Origin: Lachnospiraceae bacterium
Lineage (GTDB): Bacteria > Bacillota > Clostridia > Lachnospirales > Lachnospiraceae
Assembly (NCBI GenBank): GCA_045657625.1
Contig: JAZOTM010000003.1
Span: forward strand, 5,574-69,573
Length of the DNA stretch: 64,000 bases
Reading direction: 5' to 3'
The number at the start of each line of letters is the position of its first letter. The stretch's first letter is position 1. The notes under the pieces were generated by a model that saw only the letters and a program-made list of their open reading frames with translations, was not told the DNA's origin and did no database searches. The translations under genes were made by a program, and so were the position numbers. Below are positions 28,169-36,595 of the stretch, piece after piece.

Positions 28169-29287
28169 ATGGGTAAAAAAATTCTAATCATTGATGATGC
28201 ACAAAAAGACAGAGAGGAAATGAAAGCCGCTCTGGGCCCTCAGTTTGAAGTGTTAGAAAGCCCTTCAGCAAAGGCGGGATTAGAACTTATTTTAAAGGGA
28301 ATGAATGAAATCAGCATGGTGCTTTTGGATTTAGCTATGCCGGAAATGGATGGAATTCAATTACTAACCATGTTGTCCCAAAGAAAAATTACAGAGCGTG
28401 TGTGTGTTGTGGTGGTAACAGCAAATCAGACGGTGGATATGGAAAGAAAATGTTTTTCCTTAGGTGCGAAGGAGTACATTCGTAAACCTTTTGATGCGCT
28501 GATTTTTAAACAGCGTGTTTTGAATTTGCTGACCATTTCAAAGACACAGGAAGCCTTAGAGGCGGAAGTGAAGAAACAGACAGAGACGGTGCGAAAACAA
28601 TACTCCTTACTGGAAGGTCGTACAGACCAATTGAAAGAGGTAAATGAAAAAATCATGGAATCTCTTGGCACCATCGTAGAAAGTCGTAACTTAAATGATG
28701 GAGAGCACATTCATCATGTAAAACATATTACAGAAATTTTGGCAAAACAGGTGCAAAAGGATTATCCGGAATATGGTTTGACGGATGAACTGGTGAGCCA
28801 GTATGTCAATGCCAGCACTTTGCATGACATTGGAAAAATTGCAGTACCGGATAGCATTTTGTTGAAACCGGCAAAATTGACGGCTGAGGAAAAGGACGTG
28901 ATGCGTTCTCATACCACAAAGGGTAGTGAAATGATGCATCAGTTACATTCGATTTTAGGCAGCGGATCGGAAGCAGATAAGGCTTACGAAAAGATTTGCT
29001 ATGACGTATGTCGTTCGCATCATGAGAGATATGATGGTGCCGGTTATCCGGATGGATTAAAGGGGGATGATATTCCTCTTTGTGCGCAGATTGTATCTTT
29101 GGCAGATGAGTATGATAGCTTGGTAAGTGAAAGACCTTATAAAAATGCAATTCCTCGTGCAGAGGCCTTTCAGATGATTATACAGGGAGATTTGGGAGTG
29201 TTTAATCCAAAATTATTGGAATGTTTCCGAAAGAATCAGGTACAGATTCAGGCGGTATTTGATGAGTCACAAATATTGGAATCATAA
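28169..29287 (+). CDS. Response-regulator receiver + HD-GYP c-di-GMP phosphodiesterase
   Basis: ILIIDD...LLDLAMPEMDG receiver. HDIGKIAVP and HHERYDGAGYPDGL (HD-GYP). Confidence 0.9.
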   Translation: MGKKILIIDDAQKDREEMKAALGPQFEVLESPSAKAGLELILKGMNEISMVLLDLAMPEMDGIQLLTMLSQRKITERVCVVVVTANQTVDMERKCFSLGAKEYIRKPFDALIFKQRVLNLLTISKTQEALEAEVKKQTETVRKQYSLLEGRTDQLKEVNEKIMESLGTIVESRNLNDGEHIHHVKHITEILAKQVQKDYPEYGLTDELVSQYVNASTLHDIGKIAVPDSILLKPAKLTAEEKDVMRSHTTKGSEMMHQLHSILGSGSEADKAYEKICYDVCRSHHERYDGAGYPDGLKGDDIPLCAQIVSLADEYDSLVSERPYKNAIPRAEAFQMIIQGDLGVFNPKLLECFRKNQVQIQAVFDESQILES

Positions 29288-29325
29288 AATACTGGAATCA
29301 TAATTAGTTAGCAGGGAGAAGGCTT

Positions 29326-31506
29326 ATGAAACCGGAAGATATTCGAGAACTTCAAGAAGAGGGATTTAGCTCAGATCAAATTGTAGAGTTGGCAAAAGGC
29401 TCTGAAAAAGGCGTAGATATTAGCAAATACAGAGACAAAGATTACATTGCATTACAGATGGAACAGATTCGCTTGGGACTGGAGGAAGGTCTCCCGGTGG
29501 ATAAGTACCGTAGTAAAGAATTTGACTGGTTCCAAATGGAAGAAATCCGTTTGGGCCTCCATTTTGGTGTTCGAGTAGATGTATATGCGAAGCCGGAGGT
29601 GACTTATCCCAGAATGCGCCAGATGCGTTTGGGATTGCAGGATGGAATCAATTTATCTCCGTATATTCGTTTTGACGCAGGGGTACTAAAACAACTACGC
29701 TTATCGTATAAAGACAAAGTCGATATGATTGGCTTCATGAAACAAGGCTACACGGAAGAACAGTTGGAGCCTATTCGTTATGCTTTGACACACAATTTGG
29801 ATATAGAACCGTATATCACACCGGAGTTTCACGGAGCTGCGATTATGCAGATTGTAAAAGGCTTGGAAAAAGGTTTGCCGGTTGCAGAATATGCAGATGT
29901 GAAGCGTGGTTGGCGTGAAATGCGTGAGATTCGCCTAGGCATGGAACATCGTGTGCAGGTGTCCATGTATAGTTCCATTTATTATAATTGGAAGCAGATG
30001 CGTGAAATCCGTTTGGGATTGGAACGCGGAATCAATGTCTCTGAGTATGCGAAGTTGATGTATACGAACAATGACATGGCGAAGAAACGAAAAGAACTGG
30101 AAGAAAAGTTGGCACTGGATTTGGTAATCAATGGTGGCAACGAGACTTCTGTTTTTGAAGATTACTTTATCAGTGTTTCTCCAAATGGTATGGAAGCGAA
30201 AGTCGAAGTCATGGGAGCGATACGTTCCTTGGATCGTACCTTGCTTGCCAGAGCCATGAAGGAAGCGGGAGTGACCCATGGTTTTATTCGTGAAAATCTA
30301 AAGCTTTTGCATGAAGGCAGTTATGATACCAGTAAGGTGGTTGTAGCGAAGGGTAGAAAAGCAGAGAACGGAAAAGATGGATGGTATGAATTTTTCTACG
30401 AAGAAAAAGCCAATCCGGTTCCGACCTTGTTAGAAGACGGATCTGTAGATTATCAGAACATGCAGTTCTTTGACCGTGTAGAAAAAGGTGCTACCATTGC
30501 GATTTACCATCCGGCAGAAACCGGAGCAGACGGTATCACCGTTACCGGTGAAAAACTGATTGCAACCAAAGGAAAAGAACTTCCTGTTTTGACAGGAAAA
30601 GGCTTCCAGGTGCAAGAGGATAAATGTACCTATGTGGCTTCTGTTTCCGGTAGATACAGAAAGAAACAGAACCAGATTGAAATTACAAATATGTTAGAAG
30701 TGGACGAAGTAACCACTTCTACCGGAAATGTAATTTTTGATGGAAACGTTCATGTGAAAGGCAATGTGGGTACCGGTGCCATGATTCAGGTAACCGAAGA
30801 TGTGGTTATTGATGGCGTTGTAGAATCCGCCATGATTTCAGCCGGTGGAAATATTGTTGTAAAATGTGGCGTTACTGCCGGAAATATGGGATTCTTAAAA
30901 GCCAAGGGTGATATCCAGACGAAATTTATTGAGTCCGGAAAATTGACGGCTGGGAATGATATCAAAGCGAACTACAGCTTGAACAGTGAATTGTTTGCCA
31001 ATGGGCAAATTGTGATTTCCGGGAACCATGGTTCCATCACCGGTGGAGTAGCCACTGCAGAACGTGGCATTATGGCAGAAAACATCGGAAATCGAGTAGG
31101 CGTTCATACCCATGTGAAAGTTGGAGTCAGCGAATCCATGATGAAGGAACAAAGAGACATGGAATCCAAGTTAAATCAGATTGGCCATGAACTTTTGATT
31201 TTGATGAATGCTTTAAATGGTTTCAAAGAGAAATTGCCGCCGGAGGTGCGCAATACCAATGAGACTTATTTGAAGGTAGAACAATCCATCTTTGCAAAAA
31301 ATAAAGAAAAAGATGAATTAAAAGAAAAAATCAAAGAACACAAAGAGAAGATGAGTGAACTAATCAAATCCAGTGTAGTGGCTCATGGTACTTTGTTTGA
31401 TGGTGTAAAGGTGGAAGTAAACGGAGCACCTTGGAATTCTCCGGGTAACAGCAAGAACGTTACCGTAAAGATGATTGAAGATCAGGTAGTTATGATAAAT
31501 AATTAA
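29326..31506 (+). CDS. FapA/DUF342-family protein with nine N-terminal 26-aa repeats
   Basis: The C-terminal half has the beta-helix-like G-N-V/I repeats typical of DUF342, plus a terminal coiled coil. The N-terminal repeats are described in the findings. Confidence 0.75.
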   Translation: MKPEDIRELQEEGFSSDQIVELAKGSEKGVDISKYRDKDYIALQMEQIRLGLEEGLPVDKYRSKEFDWFQMEEIRLGLHFGVRVDVYAKPEVTYPRMRQMRLGLQDGINLSPYIRFDAGVLKQLRLSYKDKVDMIGFMKQGYTEEQLEPIRYALTHNLDIEPYITPEFHGAAIMQIVKGLEKGLPVAEYADVKRGWREMREIRLGMEHRVQVSMYSSIYYNWKQMREIRLGLERGINVSEYAKLMYTNNDMAKKRKELEEKLALDLVINGGNETSVFEDYFISVSPNGMEAKVEVMGAIRSLDRTLLARAMKEAGVTHGFIRENLKLLHEGSYDTSKVVVAKGRKAENGKDGWYEFFYEEKANPVPTLLEDGSVDYQNMQFFDRVEKGATIAIYHPAETGADGITVTGEKLIATKGKELPVLTGKGFQVQEDKCTYVASVSGRYRKKQNQIEITNMLEVDEVTTSTGNVIFDGNVHVKGNVGTGAMIQVTEDVVIDGVVESAMISAGGNIVVKCGVTAGNMGFLKAKGDIQTKFIESGKLTAGNDIKANYSLNSELFANGQIVISGNHGSITGGVATAERGIMAENIGNRVGVHTHVKVGVSESMMKEQRDMESKLNQIGHELLILMNALNGFKEKLPPEVRNTNETYLKVEQSIFAKNKEKDELKEKIKEHKEKMSELIKSSVVAHGTLFDGVKVEVNGAPWNSPGNSKNVTVKMIEDQVVMINN

Positions 31507-31508
31507 AC

Positions 31509-31544
31509 AAAAAAAGACGGAAGCAAACGCTTTCGTCTTTTTTA
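31509..31544. terminator. Bidirectional terminator between convergent genes
   Basis: AGACGGAAGC-AAAC-GCTTTCGTCT, flanked by A6 and T6. Confidence 0.8.
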
Positions 31545-31545
31545 T

Positions 31546-31908
31546 TTATTTTTGGATAAATTCTTTGATGGCGTGAAAACTTTCCGGGCTGATGACGTGC
31601 TCCATACGGCAGGCGTCTTCTGTCGCGATCTCTTCCGGAACTCCTAAAGAAATCAGCCATGAAGAAATTGTTTCATGTCGTTCATAAATCATTTCTGCGA
31701 TTTCTTTTCCGGTATCTGTCAAATAGATGTAACCGGCATCGGTAACGGTGATATGATTTTTTTCACGAAGATTTTTCATTGCAATACTTACGCTAGATTT
31801 TTTAAAACCTAACTCATTCGCAACGTCAACAGAACGAACAACAGGAAGCCTTTGACTTAAAACCAAAATGGTTTCCAAGTAATTTTCTGCAGATTCATTT
31901 GTTGCCAT
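31546..31908 (-). CDS. DtxR/MntR-family metal-dependent repressor (short form, no SH3-like domain)
   Basis: Preferred start is MATNESAENYLETILVL (ATG complement at 31906..31908, SD GAGGTGA). Has ERHE and DACRMEH metal-site residues. Confidence 0.85.
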   Translation of the reverse strand: MATNESAENYLETILVLSQRLPVVRSVDVANELGFKKSSVSIAMKNLREKNHITVTDAGYIYLTDTGKEIAEMIYERHETISSWLISLGVPEEIATEDACRMEHVISPESFHAIKEFIQK

Positions 31909-32027
31909 GGTATCACCTCGCTTTTTCATAATTGTCTTCTTTAGTATACCATTTGAGTGTGGCGAATTCAACGTATTAGCATATGAGAATATTTATTGAT
32001 AAGAGAAAAAAGTTTTTCGTATGGTAC

Positions 32028-32056
32028 TTGACATCTAACGATAGTTAGACTATACT
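32028..32056 (+). promoter_or_regulatory. feoA-fur promoter with embedded TCTAAC-N4-GTTAGA palindrome
   Basis: TTGACA (32028), 17-nt spacer, TATACT (32051). The spacer contains the inverted repeat at 32034..32049. Confidence 0.6.
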
Positions 32057-32116
32057 AACTCCGAAGTGAAAAAAATTTATCACTTCGTAAGAGTAGTATA
32101 GAAATGGAGTAAGGAA

Positions 32117-32335
32117 ATGCCATTATCATTGGTTCAAAAGGGCGTAAAGAAAAAAATTGTACGTATCGTCTGTAAAAGTGATTTACAGGATTTTTTAAAT
32201 AACTTAGGTTTCCAGGTAGGAAAAGAATTGCGCATATTGGAAGAAGAACGAGGCAATCTTTTAGTGTTATTGCAGGGTGCGCAAATCGCTATCGGAAAGG
32301 ACATGGCAAATCGCATATATGTAAGCGAAGCATAA
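32117..32335 (+). CDS. feoA: FeoA-domain protein
   Basis: 72 aa, pattern LSLVQKGVKKKIVRI...LGFQVGKELRILEE...IAIGKDMANRIYV is typical of FeoA/SH3-like proteins. Confidence 0.8.
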   Translation: MPLSLVQKGVKKKIVRIVCKSDLQDFLNNLGFQVGKELRILEEERGNLLVLLQGAQIAIGKDMANRIYVSEA

Positions 32336-32343
32336 GAAAGGGG

Positions 32344-32766
32344 ATGTCACTTTTGGAACAAAAGAAAGAAATTCTCATTGAAAAATTAAAAGAACAGGGA
32401 ATGCGTATTACAAAGCAGCGCTTGATGCTTCTGGATATTATTTTGGAAGAGGATTGCAGCAGCTGTAAGGAGATTTATTATCGGGCTACAAAGTTAGATC
32501 CGAATATTGGTACCGCTACGGTATATCGTATGATCAACACGTTAGAGGAAATTGGTGCGATTAATCGCAAAAATATGTATCGTGTGACTTATACCATCGG
32601 TGATGTGGAAAAAGAAGAGGATTATCGTATTGAATTAGAAGATGATACTGTGATTCAGCTCTCTGCATCCAAATGGAAACAGATTTTGCAAAGTGGATTG
32701 GAAGCATGTGGCTATACTACCACGGAGTCTGTACGTAGCGTGTCAGCAGTTCCAATGGCACAGTAA
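32344..32766 (+). CDS. Fur-family-like winged-helix regulator lacking canonical metal ligands
   Basis: ITKQRLMLLDIILEE...TVYRMINTLEEIGAI is the Fur DNA-binding domain. The C-terminal half has no His cluster and no CxxC pairs. Confidence 0.65.
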   Translation: MSLLEQKKEILIEKLKEQGMRITKQRLMLLDIILEEDCSSCKEIYYRATKLDPNIGTATVYRMINTLEEIGAINRKNMYRVTYTIGDVEKEEDYRIELEDDTVIQLSASKWKQILQSGLEACGYTTTESVRSVSAVPMAQ

Positions 32767-32781
32767 CGAAAAGAAGAAATT

Positions 32782-32812
32782 GGGTCGCCTCATAGAGGCG
32801 GCCCTTCTTTTT
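32782..32812 (+). terminator. Intrinsic terminator after the fur-like gene
   Basis: GGGTCGCCTC-ATA-GAGGCGGCCC followed by TTCTTTTT. Confidence 0.75.
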
Positions 32813-32944
32813 ATATCATAGGAAATTCCATTCCTATGATATAAAAAAGCGCTCCGCTATGGAAGCGCACGCGCGCGAGGTGTAAATGTTGCATAAATGC
32901 AACCGCGCTTGGCGCGAGAATGTCGCATGCGACATTCTTTCTTG
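32808..32944 (+). repeat. 137-bp multi-hairpin repeat, family 2, copy 1
   Basis: Identical to 59625..59761 except 2 substitutions. Contains four successive palindromes (TATCATAGGAA/TTCCTATGATA, GCGCTCC/GAAGCGC, GTTGCAT/ATGCAAC, GAATGTCGCATGCGACATTC). Confidence 0.9.
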
Positions 32945-32997
32945 TTTTATAGAAGAGTGTGCTAATGTAATATTAGATGATTGTGAGAGGTTGGTTT

Positions 32998-33783
32998 ATG
33001 TTAAAACTGGAAATTTTACAAGGAATCATGATTCCTTTTTTGGGGACAGCTCTGGGAGCTGCCATGGTATTTATTTTTAAAGAAAATATGCATATGCAAT
33101 TGGAAAAAGTGTTGCAGGGATTTGCTGCGGGAATTATGGTTTCTGCATCTTTTTTTAGTTTGATTTTGCCCGGGATAGAACAAACGGAGACTATGGGGAC
33201 CACTGCATTTTTTGCAGTGCCGGTAGGCTTTTTGTTTGGTATCTTTTTCCTTTTGTTTTTGGATGATGTGGTGCCGCATTTGCATTTATATAGTGAGCAG
33301 GCAGAAGGTCTACACAGTTCTTTTAAGAAAACGACGATGTTGGTGTTGGCGGTGACACTACATAACATCCCGGAAGGTATGGCGGTAGGTGTTGTTTACG
33401 CCGGATGGTTAACAGGCAATGAAAAAATCAGTTTGACAAGTGCCCTGGCCTTGGCTCTTGGTATTGCAATTCAAAACTTTCCGGAGGGCGCTATTATTTC
33501 TATGCCCTTGCATGCAGAGGGGGAAAGCAAGATACAAGCTTTTTTGCAGGGGATGTTGTCCGGCGTGGTAGAGCCGATTGGGGCATTGATTATGATTTTA
33601 GCTGCCGGAAAAATTGTATGGATGATGCCGGCACTTCTGGGCTTTGCTGCCGGCGCTATGATTTATGTGGTTGTGGAAGAATTGATTCCGGAAATGAGTG
33701 CCGGAGAACATTCCAATCGTGGAACGGTCGCTTTTGCCATAGGATTTGTCATCATGATGATCCTGGATGTTCTCCTTGGTTAG
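32998..33783 (+). CDS. zupT: ZIP-family divalent metal transporter
   Basis: HNIPEGMAVG and QNFPEGAIIS signature helices. Preferred start is ATG 32998 (SD GAGAGG). Confidence 0.85.
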   Translation: MLKLEILQGIMIPFLGTALGAAMVFIFKENMHMQLEKVLQGFAAGIMVSASFFSLILPGIEQTETMGTTAFFAVPVGFLFGIFFLLFLDDVVPHLHLYSEQAEGLHSSFKKTTMLVLAVTLHNIPEGMAVGVVYAGWLTGNEKISLTSALALALGIAIQNFPEGAIISMPLHAEGESKIQAFLQGMLSGVVEPIGALIMILAAGKIVWMMPALLGFAAGAMIYVVVEELIPEMSAGEHSNRGTVAFAIGFVIMMILDVLLG

Positions 33784-34045
33784 TTTCATCTCGCTAAAGT
33801 TATAAAGGGAAAATTTGAGTTTGTTTTGTCTAATATGCACAAAAAATACACAGATTTTATAAAGAAAAAACTTGATTTTGTACAAAAATGGAATATAATG
33901 AAGAAAATGGGTATATCGTTCAGGTGTATCCAAATAAGTACGGATGTGTTGAAATACGTGATGGCATGGGAGTTTCAAATAACTTACTGACAACATCAAC
34001 CTATCCGCCGTTCCCAAAAACATATTTAGCAAAGGAGATTATACA

Positions 34046-34309
34046 ATGGATTTCAAGAAATTAGGTTTATTCGCAGGTGGAGTATTATTTGGAACAGCTG
34101 GTATTAAGATTCTTTCCAGCAAGGATGCAAAGAACGCATATACACATGGAACAGCTGCTGTTCTTCGTGCAAAAGATTGCGTTATGAAACAGACAACTGT
34201 AATTCAGGAGAACTGCACAGATATCTATGAAGCTGCTAAGCAGATCAACGAAGAACGTGCAAAAGCAGAAGAAGTTGTTTCTGACGAAGACGTAGCAGAA
34301 GAAGAGTAA
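34046..34309 (+). CDS. Small N-terminally anchored protein, unknown function, coupled to the P-type ATPase
   Basis: 87 aa with LGLFAGGVLFGTAGIKIL TM/amphipathic segment and an acidic tail. SD AAAGGAG. Stop lies 5 nt before the ATPase start. Confidence 0.6.
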   Translation: MDFKKLGLFAGGVLFGTAGIKILSSKDAKNAYTHGTAAVLRAKDCVMKQTTVIQENCTDIYEAAKQINEERAKAEEVVSDEDVAEEE

Positions 34310-34314
34310 AATGT

Positions 34315-36390
34315 ATGAAGTTTATAATCAAAGATGAAATACGAGGACGATTGCGTATTCATGTCATGCAAAACCGCATGACATATGAACAGGCGGATCG
34401 TCTTCAGTATTATTTAGCAAATCAAAAATATGTAACCAATTCTAAGGTTTATGAAAGAACCTGTGATGCGGTGGTACAGTTTGTCTGTGACCGAGACGAA
34501 ATGATCGCCATTTTAAAAGCCTTTGATTATGAAAAACAGGAAGTACCGGAGGTATATTTACAGAATTCCGGAAGAGCCTGCAATGCAGAATATTTTGATA
34601 AATTGGTGACCAAGGTGGTTTGTCATTATGGAAAAAGATTTTTATTCCCGGCGCCACTTCGCTTAGGTCTTAATTTATTGCGTTCTTTTTCCTATATTTG
34701 GAAAGGAACCAAGATTTTATTACAAGGAAAATTAGAAGTGCCGGTATTGGATGCGGTGGCAATCGGAGTATCTATGCTTCGTGGAGACTTTGATACTGCG
34801 GGTTCCGTTATGTTTATGCTTGGCATAGGAGATATCTTAGAAGAGTGGACTCATAAGAAGTCCGTAGATGATTTGGCACGTAGCATGTCTTTACATGTTT
34901 CCAAGGTTTGGTTGAAGTCCGGAGACCAGGAAGTATTGGTTTCTGCAAATGATATCAAAGCCGGAGATCAGGTCGTAATACGCATGGGAAATGTGATTCC
35001 TTTCGACGGCGTGGTTGATTCCGGGGATGCGGTGGTAAATCAGGCTTCTTTGACAGGTGAGTCTGTAGGTGTGCATAAATGCGAGAATGCATCTGTGTAT
35101 GCAGGTACTGTTGTAGAAGAAGGTGAAATCCTTGTAACAGTACGTGAGGTACAGGGTTCCGGTCGCTTTGATAAGATTGTAAAGATGATTGAAGAATCTG
35201 AAAAGTTGAAATCCAATATGGAGAGCAAAGCTTCTCATTTGGCGGATCGTTTGGTTCCATATACGTTGGGAGCATCCGGTCTTACTTACTTGTTTACCAG
35301 AAATGCGGTAAAAGCAGTTTCGGTATTGATGGTAGACTTTTCTTGTGCATTAAAATTGGCAATGCCGATTTCTGTTTTGTCTGCAATTCGTGAAGCGAGT
35401 GTGCACAATGTAACCGTCAAAGGCGGAAAGTTCTTGGAAGCTGTGGCAGAAGCAGACACGATTGTTTTTGATAAAACAGGAACCTTAACAGAAGCAAAGC
35501 CAAAGGTAGTAAAGGTTTATTCTTTCAATGGCGAAAGCGAGGACGAACTCCTGCGCACGGCAGCATGTTTGGAAGAACATTTTCCACACTCGATTGCTAA
35601 TGCTGTTGTAGAAGCGGCGAAAGAGCAAGACCTGGAGCATGAAGAAATGCATGCAAAAGTAGAGTATATTGTTGCACATGGTATTTCTACATCCATTGAA
35701 GAAAAGAAGGTAATTATTGGCAGTCATCACTTTGTTTTCGAAGATGAAAAAACAAAGATTCCTGCGGGAAAACAGGAATTGTTTGATGCGTTGCCTTTGG
35801 AATATTCCCATTTGTATCTTGCAATGGATGGCGAGTTGGCAGCGGTTATTTGCATCGAGGATCCACTTCGTAAAGAGGCAATCGGTGTAATCAATGCCAT
35901 TAAGAAAGCCGGCATTAGCAAAGTAGTCATGATGACAGGTGACAGCGAACGTACCGCATCAGCCATTGCAGAAAAGCTTGGATTGACCGAATACTATGCC
36001 GAAGTTTTGCCGGAAGACAAAGCTCGCTTTGTACAGCAGGAAAAAGAAAAAGGCAGAAAAGTCATTATGATTGGTGACGGAATCAATGATTCACCGGCCT
36101 TATCTGCAGCGGATGTCGGAATTGCCATTAGCGATGGTTCCGAAATTGCCAGAGAAATTGCAGATATTACCATTGGTGCCGATGACTTATATGAAATTGT
36201 AACCTTGATTGCAATTGGAAAAGGTTTGATGAAACGCATTCATCGCAATTATCAAGAAATCGTAGGTTTCAATACGTTGTTGATTGTACTTGGAATGTTT
36301 GGTGTGATTTCACCTACCACTTCTGCTTTGTTACATAATGGTTCCACCATTGGAATCAGTTTGCACAATATGCAGAATATATTGGAATAA
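34315..36390 (+). CDS. P1B-type heavy-metal ATPase with SCA (not CPC) transmembrane motif
   Basis: DKTGTLT, MMTGDS and GDGINDSPAL. TM motif is FSCALKLAMP (SCA codons 35341..35349). The N-terminal ferredoxin-like domain has no CxxC. Confidence 0.85.
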   Translation: MKFIIKDEIRGRLRIHVMQNRMTYEQADRLQYYLANQKYVTNSKVYERTCDAVVQFVCDRDEMIAILKAFDYEKQEVPEVYLQNSGRACNAEYFDKLVTKVVCHYGKRFLFPAPLRLGLNLLRSFSYIWKGTKILLQGKLEVPVLDAVAIGVSMLRGDFDTAGSVMFMLGIGDILEEWTHKKSVDDLARSMSLHVSKVWLKSGDQEVLVSANDIKAGDQVVIRMGNVIPFDGVVDSGDAVVNQASLTGESVGVHKCENASVYAGTVVEEGEILVTVREVQGSGRFDKIVKMIEESEKLKSNMESKASHLADRLVPYTLGASGLTYLFTRNAVKAVSVLMVDFSCALKLAMPISVLSAIREASVHNVTVKGGKFLEAVAEADTIVFDKTGTLTEAKPKVVKVYSFNGESEDELLRTAACLEEHFPHSIANAVVEAAKEQDLEHEEMHAKVEYIVAHGISTSIEEKKVIIGSHHFVFEDEKTKIPAGKQELFDALPLEYSHLYLAMDGELAAVICIEDPLRKEAIGVINAIKKAGISKVVMMTGDSERTASAIAEKLGLTEYYAEVLPEDKARFVQQEKEKGRKVIMIGDGINDSPALSAADVGIAISDGSEIAREIADITIGADDLYEIVTLIAIGKGLMKRIHRNYQEIVGFNTLLIVLGMFGVISPTTSALLHNGSTIGISLHNMQNILE

Positions 36391-36519
36391 AATTGTAGAT
36401 GTTTAAAAGAGCTGTTGCTCCGGACGCTGTTCCGGTGCGATGGCTCTTTTTGTGTTGCCCGGAGCCGAGTTGATGGTATAAGGCAGTGAAAGTAAGAGAA
36501 TAAAAAATCAAAACGGTAC

Positions 36520-36571
36520 TTGACACCGAACCAAAATTAGAGTATATTAACCTCAGTTAGATAAGTCTAAC
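36520..36571 (+). promoter_or_regulatory. Promoter of the DUF3793-flavodoxin operon with GTTAGA-N4-TCTAAC palindrome at about +1
   Basis: TTGACA (36520), 17-nt spacer, TATATT (36543). Inverted repeat at 36556..36571. The -35 context GGTACTTGACA is shared with the feoA promoter. Confidence 0.6.
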
Positions 36572-36595
36572 TTACGAAACGTCAGTGAGGGATAT

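Noticed and set aside
32886-33368. ORF 32886..33080 (+) and ORF 32973..33368 (-) around the family-2 repeat and the zupT 5' end.
   Set aside because: The + ORF is a read-through of palindromic repeat DNA with no SD. The minus ORF is antisense to the well-supported ZIP transporter.
33598-34032. 144-aa minus-strand ORF spanning the zupT 3' end and the ATPase promoter/UTR.
   Set aside because: Its composition is low-complexity and His/Phe-rich. It overlaps zupT by about 190 nt and lies over a good + strand promoter, so it is unlikely to be coding.
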